From contig OY282365.1 in the NCBI GenBank assembly GCA_958295685.2, positions 633,207-697,206 on the forward strand: a stretch of 64,000 nt of DNA, given 5' to 3'. The position numbers were made by a program, and so were the translations under genes. This DNA is from an uncultured Dehalococcoidia bacterium. Its GTDB lineage: Bacteria; Chloroflexota; Dehalococcoidia; Lucifugimonadales; CATQGZ01. This document shows, in pieces, positions 51,582 through 64,000 of this stretch (the stretch's first letter is position 1; each line of letters starts with the position of its first letter). Under the pieces are notes generated by a model, which was not told the origin of the DNA, made no database searches, and worked only from the letters and a program-made list of their open reading frames with translations.

Positions 51582-53147
51582 ATGACAATCGGCCGCATAG
51601 CCGACCGGAAGAGGGCCGAGCTGGCCCGCAGGCGAGAACAGTCGGAACAGGGCGGCGGGCCGGCCCGAATCGAGGCCCAGCGGCGGCGCGGCAAGCTCAC
51701 CGCCCGCGACAGGATAGCGCTACTCCTCGACGACTCCACTTTCGAGGAGTTGGACCCGTTTGTGCTGTCCCGGCCAACCGACTTCGACCCGCCGGGCAAG
51801 AGTCACCACCCCGGCGACGCGGTGGTGACGGGGCACGGCCGAGTGAACGGCAGGCTGACCTTCGTCTATTCCCAGGACTTCACCGTCTCGGGCGGCTCGC
51901 TCTCGGAGGTGGTGGCCCAGAAGATATGCAAGGCGATGGATCTCGCGGCCAGCGCCGGAGCCCCCATAGTCGGCCTGATCGACTCCGGCGGAGCCAGGAT
52001 TCAGGAGGGGATAGACAGCCTGTCGGGGTACGGCAGCATCTTCCACAGGAACGTCAGGGCCTCCGGCGTAATACCGCAGATCTCCGCGATTCTCGGCCCG
52101 GCCGCGGGCGGGGCGACCTACTCCCCTGCCCTCACCGACTTCGTGGCGATGGTCAGCGGCATCGGGCAGATGTACATCACCGGCCCCGACGTGATCAAGT
52201 CGGTCACGGGGGAGGTGGTCAGCCTCGAAGACCTCGGGGGCGCCGAGATACACGCCTCCAGGAGCGGTGTCGCTCACTTCTCGTTCGAGTCCGAAGAGAC
52301 CTGCTTCGCCGAGCTCAGGCGGCTTCTCGGCTTCCTGCCGCAGAACAACATGGAGGACCCGCCCGAACACCGGGGCGCCGACGACCCTGCCCGCACCGAC
52401 GAAGCCCTGGCCCACCTCATACCCGACAGCGCCAACGAGCCGTACGACATGCTTGCCGTGGTCGTCCGCGCAGTCGACGACGGCGTCTTCATGCAGGTGC
52501 ACGAGGGGTTTGCCCGGAACATTCTCGTCGGCTTCGCCAGGATGGACGGCCGCACGGTCGGAATCGTAGCCAACCAGCCGAACCACCTGGCAGGAGTCCT
52601 CGACATCGACGCGTCCTCGAAGGCGGCCCGGTTCGTGCGCTTCTGCGACGCGTTCAACATTCCCATAGTCACCTTCATAGACGTGCCCGGCTTCATGCCC
52701 GGCACGTCCCAGGAGTACGGCGGAATCATCAGGCACGGCGCGAAGCTGCTGTACGCCTACGCGGAGGCGACGGTCCCGAAGGTGAGCGTCCTCACGCGCA
52801 AGGCATACGGCGGCGCGTACATCGTCATGAGCAGCAAGAACCTCCGGGGAGACGTCAACCTAGCGTGGCCGACCGGCGAGGTGGCCGTGATGGGCGCCGA
52901 GGGCGCGGTCAACATAATCCACCGCACACGGATCAGGAGCTCCGACGACTCGGACGAGACCCGCAGGCGGCTCGTCGAGGAGTATGAGGAGCGGCTGATG
53001 AACCCATACATCGCGGCCAGCAGGGGACTCATAGACAACGTGATCGACCCGGCCGAGACCCGGCCCAGGATCATCCGCGCCCTGGAGATGCTGCGGAACA
53101 AGCGCGAGACCCTGCCGCCCAAGAAGCACGGCAGCATTCCTCTATGA
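51582..53147 (+). CDS. Acyl-CoA carboxylase carboxyltransferase subunit (PccB/MmdA/transcarboxylase 12S-like)
   Basis: GKLTARDRI, QDFTVSGGS, DSGGARIQEG, DVPGFMPG, RKAYGGAY, VMGAEGA, PKKHGSIPL. Confidence 0.93.
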   Translation: MTIGRIADRKRAELARRREQSEQGGGPARIEAQRRRGKLTARDRIALLLDDSTFEELDPFVLSRPTDFDPPGKSHHPGDAVVTGHGRVNGRLTFVYSQDFTVSGGSLSEVVAQKICKAMDLAASAGAPIVGLIDSGGARIQEGIDSLSGYGSIFHRNVRASGVIPQISAILGPAAGGATYSPALTDFVAMVSGIGQMYITGPDVIKSVTGEVVSLEDLGGAEIHASRSGVAHFSFESEETCFAELRRLLGFLPQNNMEDPPEHRGADDPARTDEALAHLIPDSANEPYDMLAVVVRAVDDGVFMQVHEGFARNILVGFARMDGRTVGIVANQPNHLAGVLDIDASSKAARFVRFCDAFNIPIVTFIDVPGFMPGTSQEYGGIIRHGAKLLYAYAEATVPKVSVLTRKAYGGAYIVMSSKNLRGDVNLAWPTGEVAVMGAEGAVNIIHRTRIRSSDDSDETRRRLVEEYEERLMNPYIAASRGLIDNVIDPAETRPRIIRALEMLRNKRETLPPKKHGSIPL

Positions 53148-53356
53148 GCTCCCAGACGGCGACGGGACCGGACCACAAGACCATGGCCGCCGTAATGGCA
53201 GCCGTGGACGCCTTCCTCTTCGAGGAGGCCCTGAAGGCCAAGGGGCGCGCCCCGGCGCGGTCTCGAGCCTGGAAGATGGCCGCGCGGCAGGCGGCGGACA
53301 TCTGGCTCAGCCGCTCCCGCTCATGGACTGGCCGAGACGGGGCGCCGCGCTCCTGA
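53144..53356 (+). CDS. Small accessory subunit, acyl-CoA carboxylase epsilon-like
   Basis: Overlaps CT stop (ATGA); AAVMAAV helix and SRAWKMAAR motif. Confidence 0.6.
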   Translation: MSSQTATGPDHKTMAAVMAAVDAFLFEEALKAKGRAPARSRAWKMAARQAADIWLSRSRSWTGRDGAPRS

Positions 53357-53389
53357 GCCGACGGCCAAGCGGCAACTAGCGAGATTCTA

Positions 53390-55216
53390 TTGACAGCCAA
53401 TCCCGTAAAGATAACCGATACGACGTTCAGAGACGCGCATCAGAGCCTCATGGCGACGAGGCTCAGGACGGCTGACATGGAGCCCCTGGCTCCGGCTATG
53501 GGCTCGGTGGGCTTCCACTCTATGGAGGTCTGGGGCGGCGCGACCTTCGACTCCGCCACCAGATTCCTGGGCGAGGACCCGTGGGAGCGTCTCCGCAGCT
53601 TCAAGAGGCTCATGCCCGACACTCCTCTGATGATGCTGCTCAGGGGCCAGTCCCTCGTCGGCTACCGGAACTATGCCGACGACGTGGTCACGGCCTTCGT
53701 GCGGCAGTCCGCGGACGCAGGGATCGACATATTCCGAGTGTTCGACGCGCTCAACGACGAGCGCAACCTTCAAACGGCCGCCCAGGCCGTGCGCGAGAGC
53801 GGGAAGCACCTCCAGATCGCCATCTGCTACTCGGTCACCGAAGAAGGCAGGCTCGGCGGCCCGATCTACAGCCTCGACTACTACGTGAAGAAGGCCGTCC
53901 GATTCCTGGAGATGGGCGCGGACAGCATATGCGTCAAGGACATGGCGGGGATGATGGCCCCCTACGACGCCCACGATCTGATCTCGGCCCTCAAGCAGGC
54001 GGTCGACGCGCCCCTCCAGCTGCACACCCACTACACCAGCGGTATGGCGTCCATGACCGCCCTGAAGGCCATCGAGGCCGGCCTCGACGTCGTCGACACG
54101 TGTCTGGCGCCGCTGGCGCTCAGAACCGCCCAACCGGCCGTGGAGCCGCTGACCGTGGCTCTCGCGGGGTCCGACCGCGACCCCGGTCTCGACCTCGACA
54201 AGCTGCTGGACCTGGGCGACCGGCTCGAATCGGCGCTCCCGCCCTACCGCAAGCACATGGAGAGTCCGCGCGCCGCGGTCATAGACGCCAGAGTGCTCAG
54301 CCACCAGATCCCCGGCGGCATGGCCAGCAACCTGGTGTCTCAGCTGAGAGAGGCCGACGCCCTCGACAGGCTCGACGAGGTGCTCGAGGACATACCCAAC
54401 ACCCGCAGGGAGCTGGGTTATCCGCCGCTGGTCACGCCCATGAGCCAGATGGTCGGCTCTCAGGCGGTGAGCAACGTCCTGTTCGGCCGCTACGAGATGG
54501 TCTCCGACCAGGTCAAGGACTACGTCCGCGGCCTGTACGGCAGCCCGCCCGCCTCCATCGATCCGTCGGTCGCCGCCCTCGCTCTGGGAGACCACGACCC
54601 CATCACGGCAAGGCCCGCCGACCTGATCGAGCCGGAGATGGAGCAGGCGCGTGAGGCGGTGAAGAGCATCACGTCCGACGTCGAGGACGTTCTCACCTAC
54701 GCCCTCTATCCCACCACCGGTCTCAGATTCCTCCGAATCAAGCACGGCCTCGAGGAGCTTCCCGACGAGATGAAGCCCGACAGCCCCCAGGCGGAGACCG
54801 GCGGAGCCTCTCTACGGACCGTCCGGCGGGCTTCGGACGCTCCGCCGAAGAGCGCCCGGGCGCGGCGCTTCAACGTATACGTGGGAGACGACCTCTTCGA
54901 AGTCGAGGTCGATCCCGTAGAATCGACACCCCCGGTCGCCGTGTCAGCCGTGTCTGCCGGCGGTGGAAGACCGCCGCAGGCGCAGGCACGGCCTGCCGGC
55001 GGCACGGACATCACCGCCCCGATGCCTGGAATCGTCCTCCGGTACCTCGTCGAGGAGGGCCAGACCGTCAGCGCGGGCGACCCTGTGGTCATCCTGGAGG
55101 CGATGAAGATGGAGAACACGCTGCCCTCGCCGGCCGACGGCAGCGTCGCCCCACTGCCGTTGAAGCCGGGAACGACCGTCAAGAAGGATCAAATACTGGC
55201 TACCATCGTTCGATGA
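53390..55216 (+). CDS. Pyruvate/oxaloacetate carboxyltransferase (PycB/OadA/5S) fused to biotin carrier
   Basis: [53 protein letters not shown] biotinylation motif. Confidence 0.92.
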   Translation: MTANPVKITDTTFRDAHQSLMATRLRTADMEPLAPAMGSVGFHSMEVWGGATFDSATRFLGEDPWERLRSFKRLMPDTPLMMLLRGQSLVGYRNYADDVVTAFVRQSADAGIDIFRVFDALNDERNLQTAAQAVRESGKHLQIAICYSVTEEGRLGGPIYSLDYYVKKAVRFLEMGADSICVKDMAGMMAPYDAHDLISALKQAVDAPLQLHTHYTSGMASMTALKAIEAGLDVVDTCLAPLALRTAQPAVEPLTVALAGSDRDPGLDLDKLLDLGDRLESALPPYRKHMESPRAAVIDARVLSHQIPGGMASNLVSQLREADALDRLDEVLEDIPNTRRELGYPPLVTPMSQMVGSQAVSNVLFGRYEMVSDQVKDYVRGLYGSPPASIDPSVAALALGDHDPITARPADLIEPEMEQAREAVKSITSDVEDVLTYALYPTTGLRFLRIKHGLEELPDEMKPDSPQAETGGASLRTVRRASDAPPKSARARRFNVYVGDDLFEVEVDPVESTPPVAVSAVSAGGGRPPQAQARPAGGTDITAPMPGIVLRYLVEEGQTVSAGDPVVILEAMKMENTLPSPADGSVAPLPLKPGTTVKKDQILATIVR

Positions 55217-55256
55217 GACGCTCATCGAACAGCCGCCGCTAGCATCAGGAGAACGC

Positions 55257-56462
55257 ATGACAGACCCTTCGGCGATAGAGACCGCAAAGGATCACTTCGG
55301 AACCATCCTGCGGCAGCAGCTCGAAAGAATCGAGCGCCTCAAACTGGATACGGACTGGATGGACTACGGCGCCATGAGACCGATCGTCATAGGCATGATC
55401 GGCGGCGACGGCATCGGCCCCACCATAAGCGCCGAGGCCCACCGGGTGCTCGAACGCCTGCTCCGCGGCCACGTGGCCGACGGACGGGTCGAGTTCCGCG
55501 CCATCGACGGCCTCACCATCGAGAACCGCGCGGCGAAGATGCAGGCGATCCCCGACGACGTGCTCGATGAGATCAGCGCCTGCCACGTCACCCTCAAGGG
55601 GCCAACCCACACTCCCGAAAAGGGCGACGGCTGGCCCAACATCGAGAGCGCGAACGTCGGAATGCGCAAGGCGTTCGACCTATTCGCCAACGTCCGGCCC
55701 GTCAGGATTCCGTCCGAGGACATCGACTGGACGTTCTTCCGCGAGAACACGGAGGACGTCTACGCCCTCGGCAGCCAGGGGCTTGAGGTATCCCCGGACC
55801 TGAGCGTCGACTTCAGAGTAATCACCACGCCCGGCTCCGAGCGCATCATCGACGCCGCGTTCGCCTACGCCAGACGAACCGGCAAGACCCGCGTCACCGT
55901 CGTCACGAAGGCCAACATCGTCAAGACGACCGACGGCAAGTTTCTCGAAGTGGCCGGCAGGGTGGCGGAGAGATACCCCGAAATCGAGTGGGACAGCTGG
56001 TACATAGACATCATGACCGCCAAGCTGCTCGACAAGAAGAGGCGCACCCAGTTCCAGGTGATGGTGCTCCCCAACCTCTACGGCGACATTCTCACCGACG
56101 AAGCCGCCGAGATCCAGGGCGGGGTCGGCACCGCCGGATCAGCCAACTTCAGCAAGCGAAACGCCATGTTCGAGGCCATCCACGGCAGCGCGCCCAGAAT
56201 GGTCCGGGAAGGCAGGGCAAGATACGCGGACCCAAGCTCGATGCTGCGGGCAGCGGCCATGATGCTAGAGCACGTCGGCTACGACCGGATAGGCGGCAGG
56301 CTGCACAAGGCCCTCGACATCTGCGGCCAGTACGAGCGGCGCGTCGTCATGACCGGCAGGAACACCGGAGCCTCCAGCGACGAGTTCGGCGACTACGTGA
56401 TGGCCACCGTCGAGGACTCCGGCATCGAGGCCCGCTGGGACGAATTCATGAGAGTCGGATGA
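55257..56462 (+). CDS. icd: Isocitrate/isopropylmalate dehydrogenase family, probably isocitrate dehydrogenase
   Basis: GDGIGP, LKGP, SANVGMRKAFDLFANVRP, RENTE, KANIVK, NLYGDILTD, FEAIHGSAP; next to mdh. Confidence 0.78.
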   Translation: MTDPSAIETAKDHFGTILRQQLERIERLKLDTDWMDYGAMRPIVIGMIGGDGIGPTISAEAHRVLERLLRGHVADGRVEFRAIDGLTIENRAAKMQAIPDDVLDEISACHVTLKGPTHTPEKGDGWPNIESANVGMRKAFDLFANVRPVRIPSEDIDWTFFRENTEDVYALGSQGLEVSPDLSVDFRVITTPGSERIIDAAFAYARRTGKTRVTVVTKANIVKTTDGKFLEVAGRVAERYPEIEWDSWYIDIMTAKLLDKKRRTQFQVMVLPNLYGDILTDEAAEIQGGVGTAGSANFSKRNAMFEAIHGSAPRMVREGRARYADPSSMLRAAAMMLEHVGYDRIGGRLHKALDICGQYERRVVMTGRNTGASSDEFGDYVMATVEDSGIEARWDEFMRVG

Positions 56463-56504
56463 GGCTGAGGCCATTCGACGACGGCTCACCACAATGAGAA
56501 TCAA

Positions 56505-56807
56505 ATGAGAATCATCAGAAAGCACGGCTTGACGAGAGAGGCGGTCAGGAACAGGATCGAAGACCTGGCGCCGTCCCTCGTGAAGCGCTTCGGCGAAAGC
56601 GTGTCCGACGTCGAGCGAGTCTGGCGGGACGACGAGATGGACTTCTCGTTCCGCGCCCGCGGCCTCAGCGTAAAGGGGACGGTCGCCGTTTCGGACTCTG
56701 AGGTGATACTCGACCTGCGGCTCCCCATGGCCGCCAGGATGTTCGAGGGAAGGATCAGACCCGAGATCGAAAGAGAGCTCGACAGACTCCTGTTCGGGCG
56801 TTCCTGA
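56505..56807 (+). CDS. Polyhydroxyalkanoic acid system (PHA_gran_rgn)-like small protein
   Basis: 100 aa, H.L...., W.....FSF, LP....F...I..EI...L pattern. Confidence 0.65.
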   Translation: MRIIRKHGLTREAVRNRIEDLAPSLVKRFGESVSDVERVWRDDEMDFSFRARGLSVKGTVAVSDSEVILDLRLPMAARMFEGRIRPEIERELDRLLFGRS

Positions 56808-56847
56808 TCGCTCCTACAGACCAGCTTACCTGAGGAGACAGTCGAAC

Positions 56848-57780
56848 ATGAGAAGAAAGGTGACGATTGTGGGGGCCGGGAACGTCGGGGCCACCGCGGC
56901 CCAGCGTGTCTTCGACAGCGGCCTCGCGGACATAGTCCTGGTGGACATAGTCGAGGGCCTGCCCCAGGGGAAGGCCCTCGACATGCTCGAAGCCGGCCCG
57001 GTTACCGGCTCCGACTCCAGGATAGTGGGTTCCAACGACTACGAGGAGACCGAAGGCTCCGACGTCGTGGTGGTCACCTCCGGCCTGCCGCGCAAGCCGG
57101 GGATGAGCCGCGACGACCTCCTGCTCACCAACATGAAGATCGTCACCGGCGTCGTCCGGGAAACGGTGCGCCGCTCCCCGAACTGCGTCCTGATCATCGT
57201 CACCAACCCCCTGGACGCAATGGCCCAGCGCGCCCTCGAAGTCAGCGGCCTTCCCAGCCGACGAGTCGTCGGGATGGCGGGCATACTCGACACCGCGCGG
57301 TTCAGGTCCTTCCTTGCGGCCGAGATGAACGTATCCGTGAACTCCGTCTCGGCCTTCGTCCTGGGCGGTCACGGCGACACCATGGTCCCGATCGTGGGCG
57401 GCACGACGGTGGGCAGCACGCCCATCTCGAAGCTGCTCCCGGCATCGCGCATCGAAGAGATAGTCCAGCGAACCCGCGACGGCGGAGCGGAGATCGTCAA
57501 TCTCCTGAAGACGGGCAGCGCCTACTACGCGCCCTCCGCCGCAATCGCCCAGATGGTCGAGGCCATCCTCCTCGACAAGCGCGAGATACTGCCGTGCACC
57601 GCCTACCTCGAAGGCCAGTACGGCCTGAACGGCATATACGTCGGCGTCCCAGTGAAGCTCGGCGCGGGCGGCGTCGAAGAGATCATCGAGTTCGACCTCA
57701 CCGAAGAAGAGGCCGCGCAGCTGAAGGAGTCGGCCGCCGCCGTCGAGGAGCTCCTCGACGTGATGAAGGCGTCCGGCTGA
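56848..57780 (+). CDS. mdh: Malate dehydrogenase (LDH-like)
   Basis: [43 protein letters not shown]. Confidence 0.96.
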   Translation: MRRKVTIVGAGNVGATAAQRVFDSGLADIVLVDIVEGLPQGKALDMLEAGPVTGSDSRIVGSNDYEETEGSDVVVVTSGLPRKPGMSRDDLLLTNMKIVTGVVRETVRRSPNCVLIIVTNPLDAMAQRALEVSGLPSRRVVGMAGILDTARFRSFLAAEMNVSVNSVSAFVLGGHGDTMVPIVGGTTVGSTPISKLLPASRIEEIVQRTRDGGAEIVNLLKTGSAYYAPSAAIAQMVEAILLDKREILPCTAYLEGQYGLNGIYVGVPVKLGAGGVEEIIEFDLTEEEAAQLKESAAAVEELLDVMKASG

Positions 57781-57796
57781 CCATGGAGCGGATCGG

Positions 57797-58852
57797 TTGA
57801 CGTCGGCTGCCGCCGTAGACATGAGGCCCATCGAGTGGGCCGATGGCAGGGTCAGGCTGCTCGACCAGACCCTCCTGCCGCACAGGGAGGTCTGGATCGA
57901 GTTGGACGGCTGCGGGAAGGTGGTCGACGCGATCCGGCAGATGCGTATTCGCGGCGCGCCCGCCATAGGAGTCGCGGGCGCATACGCCGTGGCTCTCGCG
58001 GCAGCCGAACTGGTCGAAGACCCCCAGTTCATCGCCGCCCTGGAGAAGGCGGCAGCCGAAGTCCGCAACGCCAGACCCACCGGCGCGAACTTGGCCCAAG
58101 CCGTGGACCGGATGTTGGAAGAAGCCCGCCGGGCCTCCTCTCCAGCCGCCGCCCTGGAGGCCCTGATAGCCGAGGCGCAGGCCATTCAGGACGAGGACGA
58201 GTCGGCGAACAGGGCCATCGGCAGGCACGGCGCGGCTCTCCTGCCCCAGGGCTGCGTGGCGCTCACCCACTGCAACACGGGGGCGCTTGCCACCGGAGGC
58301 TTCGGCACGGCCCTCGGGGTGATCGTGACGGCTTGGCGGGACGGGCGGGTCGCCCGAGTCCTGGCGACCGAGACCAGGCCGTTCCTGCAGGGCGCCAGGC
58401 TCACGGCCTGGGAGCTGGCGCGGGCGGGCGTCGAAGCATCCCTGATAGCAGACTCGGCGGCAGGCCACGTGATGCGGACCGGCCAGGTCCACGCCGTCCT
58501 GACCGGGGCCGACCGGATAGCCGCCAACGGCGACGTCGCCAACAAGATAGGCACCTACTCGCTCGCGGTGCTCGCCAGGGAGAACGGCATCCCCTTCTAC
58601 GTCGCCGCCCCTACCACCACGCTCGACCCGAGCATCGCGTCAGGTCGGGAGATAGTCATAGAGCACAGACCGCCGGAGGAGGTGACCGACTTCAACGGTG
58701 AGAGGGTCGCCGCCCCCGGCATCGACGCCCTCAACCCTGCCTTCGACGTCACGCCCCACGAGTACGTGACCGCCATCGTCACCGAGCGCGGCGTCGTCCG
58801 TGAACCATACACCGACGGCCTGCGCCGCATCACGGAGGACGAACGTGGATAG
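57797..58852 (+). CDS. mtnA: Methylthioribose-1-phosphate isomerase
   Basis: LDQTLLP, IRGAPAIG, RPT, THCNTGALAT, ETRP, GADRI, NKIGTY, FDVTP. Confidence 0.96.
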   Translation: MTSAAAVDMRPIEWADGRVRLLDQTLLPHREVWIELDGCGKVVDAIRQMRIRGAPAIGVAGAYAVALAAAELVEDPQFIAALEKAAAEVRNARPTGANLAQAVDRMLEEARRASSPAAALEALIAEAQAIQDEDESANRAIGRHGAALLPQGCVALTHCNTGALATGGFGTALGVIVTAWRDGRVARVLATETRPFLQGARLTAWELARAGVEASLIADSAAGHVMRTGQVHAVLTGADRIAANGDVANKIGTYSLAVLARENGIPFYVAAPTTTLDPSIASGREIVIEHRPPEEVTDFNGERVAAPGIDALNPAFDVTPHEYVTAIVTERGVVREPYTDGLRRITEDERG

Positions 58853-59723
58853 CAGATTGTCTGACCGCCAACCAAGGCTCGCCTTCATAGGCGGCTCCGG
58901 CCTGTACGACGTGGACGACCTCGACGACCGAGAGGAGGTGGAGATCGACACGCCGTTCGGGAAGCCGAGCGACCGGATCGTTCTGGGAAGCCTCGAAGGA
59001 ATCGAGCTTGCCTTCCTGCCCAGACACGGCCGCGGACACCGCGTCTCCCCCACCGAGCTGCCGGCGCGGGCCAACGTGTTCGCGCTCAAGACGCTCGGCG
59101 TGGAGCGTATCGTCTCCGTCAGCGCCGTCGGCAGCCTGAAGGAAGACGTCCACCCGCTGGACGTGGTCGTCCCCGACCAGCTCATCGACAGGACCCGGGG
59201 CCGGCCGAGCACCTTCTTCGGCGGGGGCGTCGTGGCGCACGTAGCCCTCGCCGACCCGTACTGCCCCGTCCTCACTCGCCAGCTGTCCGACGCAGGCAGG
59301 AGGACGGGTCTGAAGACGCACGAGGGCGGGACCTGCGTGGTCATAGAAGGCCCTCAGTTCTCCACCAGGGCGGAGTCCGAGCTGTACCGCTCGTGGGGTG
59401 CGAGCATAATCGGCATGACGGCGCTCCCGGAGGCGCGGCTCGCCCGCGAGGCCGAGATATGCTACGCCACCATGGCGCTCGTCACCGACTACGACTGCTG
59501 GCACGAGGCGGAAGAGCCTGTCACGGTCGAGATGGTCGTTCGGAACCTGCTGGAGAACGTCGCGAGCGCGCGCGGCGTGATCAAACGGCTTGTGCCCACC
59601 GTCCCGGAGTCGCGCGATTGCCCTTGCGCCGCGGCGCTTGAGAACGCGATAATCACGTCGCCGGATCTGGTGCCGCCGGACGTAAGGAGCAGGCTCGCCC
59701 CCATAGTAGGCAAGTACCTCTGA
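58845..59723 (+). CDS. mtnP: S-methyl-5'-thioadenosine phosphorylase
   Basis: IGGSGLY, TPFGKPS, RHGRGH, EGPQFSTRAES, IGMT, VTDYDCW. Confidence 0.95.
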   Translation: MDSRLSDRQPRLAFIGGSGLYDVDDLDDREEVEIDTPFGKPSDRIVLGSLEGIELAFLPRHGRGHRVSPTELPARANVFALKTLGVERIVSVSAVGSLKEDVHPLDVVVPDQLIDRTRGRPSTFFGGGVVAHVALADPYCPVLTRQLSDAGRRTGLKTHEGGTCVVIEGPQFSTRAESELYRSWGASIIGMTALPEARLAREAEICYATMALVTDYDCWHEAEEPVTVEMVVRNLLENVASARGVIKRLVPTVPESRDCPCAAALENAIITSPDLVPPDVRSRLAPIVGKYL

Positions 59724-59797
59724 CGGCCCGGCCGACCCGCTTCGATACCGGCGGAGATGACCACCGCCCAACCACCACTTGAGAGGAGACCGAACTG

Positions 59798-60151
59798 ATG
59801 GCGAGACAGGAGCCCGGTGAGCCTTACTACCGCATAGGCTCGGATGAAGCGGCGGCGCGTTTCGGCGACCCTGACGTCCTGTTCGTGGACGTCCGCAGGC
59901 TGGACGAGTACACGGAGGGGCACGTCAGCGGCGCCCTGTTCATCACCGTCGACGACCTGCTGGCGCGTATAGACGAGCTACCCCAGGACAAGACCCTGAT
60001 GTTCATATGCGCCCAGGGCGTCCGCAGCGGCCTCGCGTGCGAGATGGCAGCCGCTATGGGGTTCGATTCGGAGAAGCTGTACAATATAGAGGATGGAACC
60101 CCTGCCTGGATTCAGAAAGGGCATCCGGCCAGCTACGGCTCCGACTCATGA
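59798..60151 (+). CDS. Single-domain rhodanese-like protein
   Basis: VDVRR..EY..GHVSGA, CAQGVRS, GT.AW. Confidence 0.9.
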   Translation: MARQEPGEPYYRIGSDEAAARFGDPDVLFVDVRRLDEYTEGHVSGALFITVDDLLARIDELPQDKTLMFICAQGVRSGLACEMAAAMGFDSEKLYNIEDGTPAWIQKGHPASYGSDS

Positions 60152-60222
60152 TGCTGCCCGCTGAGGGTCTTGTCCCTCCTATCGACGGGTAACAGATAAA
60201 AGGCCGGTCTGAGGACGATCAC

Positions 60223-62464
<2,242 letters not shown>

Positions 62465-62508
62465 GACCGGACCGATCAAACAAATCATAACCAACAACGA
62501 GGTCAAAC

Positions 62509-63762
62509 ATGCCATACAGCTTCTCCGACTCGCCATCCTACCTGTTCACGTCCGAGTCGGTCACGGAAGGCCACCCCGACAAGCTCTGCGACCAGATCTC
62601 GGACGCCATCCTGGATGCGTTCCTGAGCATCGACCCGATGGCGCGCGTGGCCTGTGAGGTGTGCGTCACCACCGGCCTGGTCGTGGTCATGGGAGAGATC
62701 ACGCTGACCAAGGGCTACGTCGACATCCCCACCGTAGCACGCCGCGCCATCAGGGAGGCCGGCTACGAAGACGCCGGGTTCGGCTTCGACCACCAGTCCT
62801 GCGGCATCGTCGTAGCGGTCCACGAGCAGTCACACGACATAGCCGCCGGCGTGGACACGGCCCTGGAGATCAGAGGAGAGGAGAGCCCCGACGGCAACGG
62901 CGAGGACGTCGAGTCCCTCGGCGCGGGAGACCAGGGAATGATGGTCGGCTTCGCCTGCAACGAGACGCCCGAACTGATGCCCCTGCCGATCGCCCTGTCG
63001 CACCGCATATGCCTCCGTATGGCGGAGGTCCGAAAGGAGCGGTATCTCCCATATCTCCGACCCGACGGCAAGTCCCAGGTAACGGTGGAGTACGAGTTCG
63101 GCCTGCCCAAGAGAATCCACACGGTCGTCATGAGCTCCCAGCACGATCACGAGGTCAGCCAGTCCGTCCTAGAGCGCGACCTCGTAGACCACGTTGCCAA
63201 GGAGGTGATCCCGCACGAGCTGCTGGACAGAAACACCAGGTTCGTCGTCAACCCGTCGGGCCGCTTCGTCATCGGCGGGCCGGTCGGCGACACGGGGCTG
63301 ACCGGACGCAAGATCCTCGTCGATACCTACGGAGGATTCGCAAGGCACGGAGGCGGCGCCTTCTCCGGCAAAGACCCCACCAAGGTAGACAGGTCGGCCG
63401 CCTATGCCGCCAGATACGTCGCCAAGAACCTGGTCGCCGCGGGAGTCGCCGACCGCCTCGAAATACAGGTCTCCTACGCCATAGCCGTGGCCAAGCCCAT
63501 CTCGATCTCGGTCGAGACGTTCGGCACGGGCAAGGTGCCGGACACCAAAATCGTCGACCTCATCGACCGCAACTTCGACCTGCGGCCCGGCGCCATCATT
63601 CGAGACCTGGACCTCCGAAGACCGATCTACCACCAGACCGCCGCATACGGACACTTCGGCCGACAGGACGTCGACCTCCCCTGGGAACGAACCGACAGAG
63701 CCGCCGCGCTCCGGCGAGAGGCATTCATCGGCGCCGTCGACGCGGCCGACACGCCCGCTTGA
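62509..63762 (+). CDS. metK: S-adenosylmethionine synthetase
   Basis: [34 protein letters not shown]. Confidence 0.98.
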   Translation: MPYSFSDSPSYLFTSESVTEGHPDKLCDQISDAILDAFLSIDPMARVACEVCVTTGLVVVMGEITLTKGYVDIPTVARRAIREAGYEDAGFGFDHQSCGIVVAVHEQSHDIAAGVDTALEIRGEESPDGNGEDVESLGAGDQGMMVGFACNETPELMPLPIALSHRICLRMAEVRKERYLPYLRPDGKSQVTVEYEFGLPKRIHTVVMSSQHDHEVSQSVLERDLVDHVAKEVIPHELLDRNTRFVVNPSGRFVIGGPVGDTGLTGRKILVDTYGGFARHGGGAFSGKDPTKVDRSAAYAARYVAKNLVAAGVADRLEIQVSYAIAVAKPISISVETFGTGKVPDTKIVDLIDRNFDLRPGAIIRDLDLRRPIYHQTAAYGHFGRQDVDLPWERTDRAAALRREAFIGAVDAADTPA

Positions 63763-63781
63763 ACGGCTCGCCTGAAAGCGT

Positions 63782-64000
63782 ATGGGAATAACCTTCGGAA
63801 CCGACGGCTGGCGGGGCATCATAGCCGAAGACTTCACCTTCGCCAACGTCAGGCTCTGCGCCCAGGGCGTCGTCGACCTCCTCAGAAACCAGGGAATCCA
63901 CCAACGCGGCCTCGTCATAGGCTACGACACCCGCTTCGGCTCGGAGCGCTTCGCCGAGGCCGTCGCATCCGTCGCCGCCGGCAACCTGACCCCCTCCACA
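63782..64000 (+). CDS. Phosphoglucomutase/phosphomannomutase family (partial, runs off window end)
   Basis: Manual translation MGITFGTDGWRGIIAEDFT...IGYDTRFGSERFA. Confidence 0.9.
   Translation, partial: MGITFGTDGWRGIIAEDFTFANVRLCAQGVVDLLRNQGIHQRGLVIGYDTRFGSERFAEAVASVAAGNLTPST

Overview
High-GC bacterial chromosomal window. Gene content and order (enolase-superfamily dehydratase, CaiB CoA-transferases, stalked family-5 SBP, mtnA-mtnP-pfkB-ahcY-metK) suggest Chloroflexota, probably Dehalococcoidia/SAR202-like; this is inference only. It holds about 50 mostly housekeeping or metabolic CDSs (sdhA, folE, mshA/mshD-like, tmk, pdxST, ligD, thrC-moaD, rho, nnr, acpS, acnA, carboxyltransferase operon, icd, mdh, SAM cycle), one tRNA-Gly(CCC), a McrBC system, a deletion scar of a type I R-M system next to a HEPN-motif DUF3644-like gene, and a duplicated secreted MBL-fold gene pair. 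The most striking signal is non-coding. Five dispersed copies of a 200-280 bp cassette (about 2.6-2.8, 11.9-12.1, 24.8-25.0, 35.6-35.9 and 49.8-50.0 kb) share one architecture: a sigma70 promoter with an exact 17-bp spacer containing a LexA-like GAAC-N4-GT(A/G)C box, an ATG 6 nt after the -10, an array of 7-12 short motifs spaced one helical turn (10-11 bp) apart, a conserved CAGCTACG core, and then the motif in inverted orientation. Two motif classes occur (TGTTCCAC and TGTCAC). These cassettes lie in intergenic repeat hotspots with IS66-like MITEs (8-bp TSDs visible), REPs and AGGATT repeats. One copy is enclosed by MITE ends and points into ligD.
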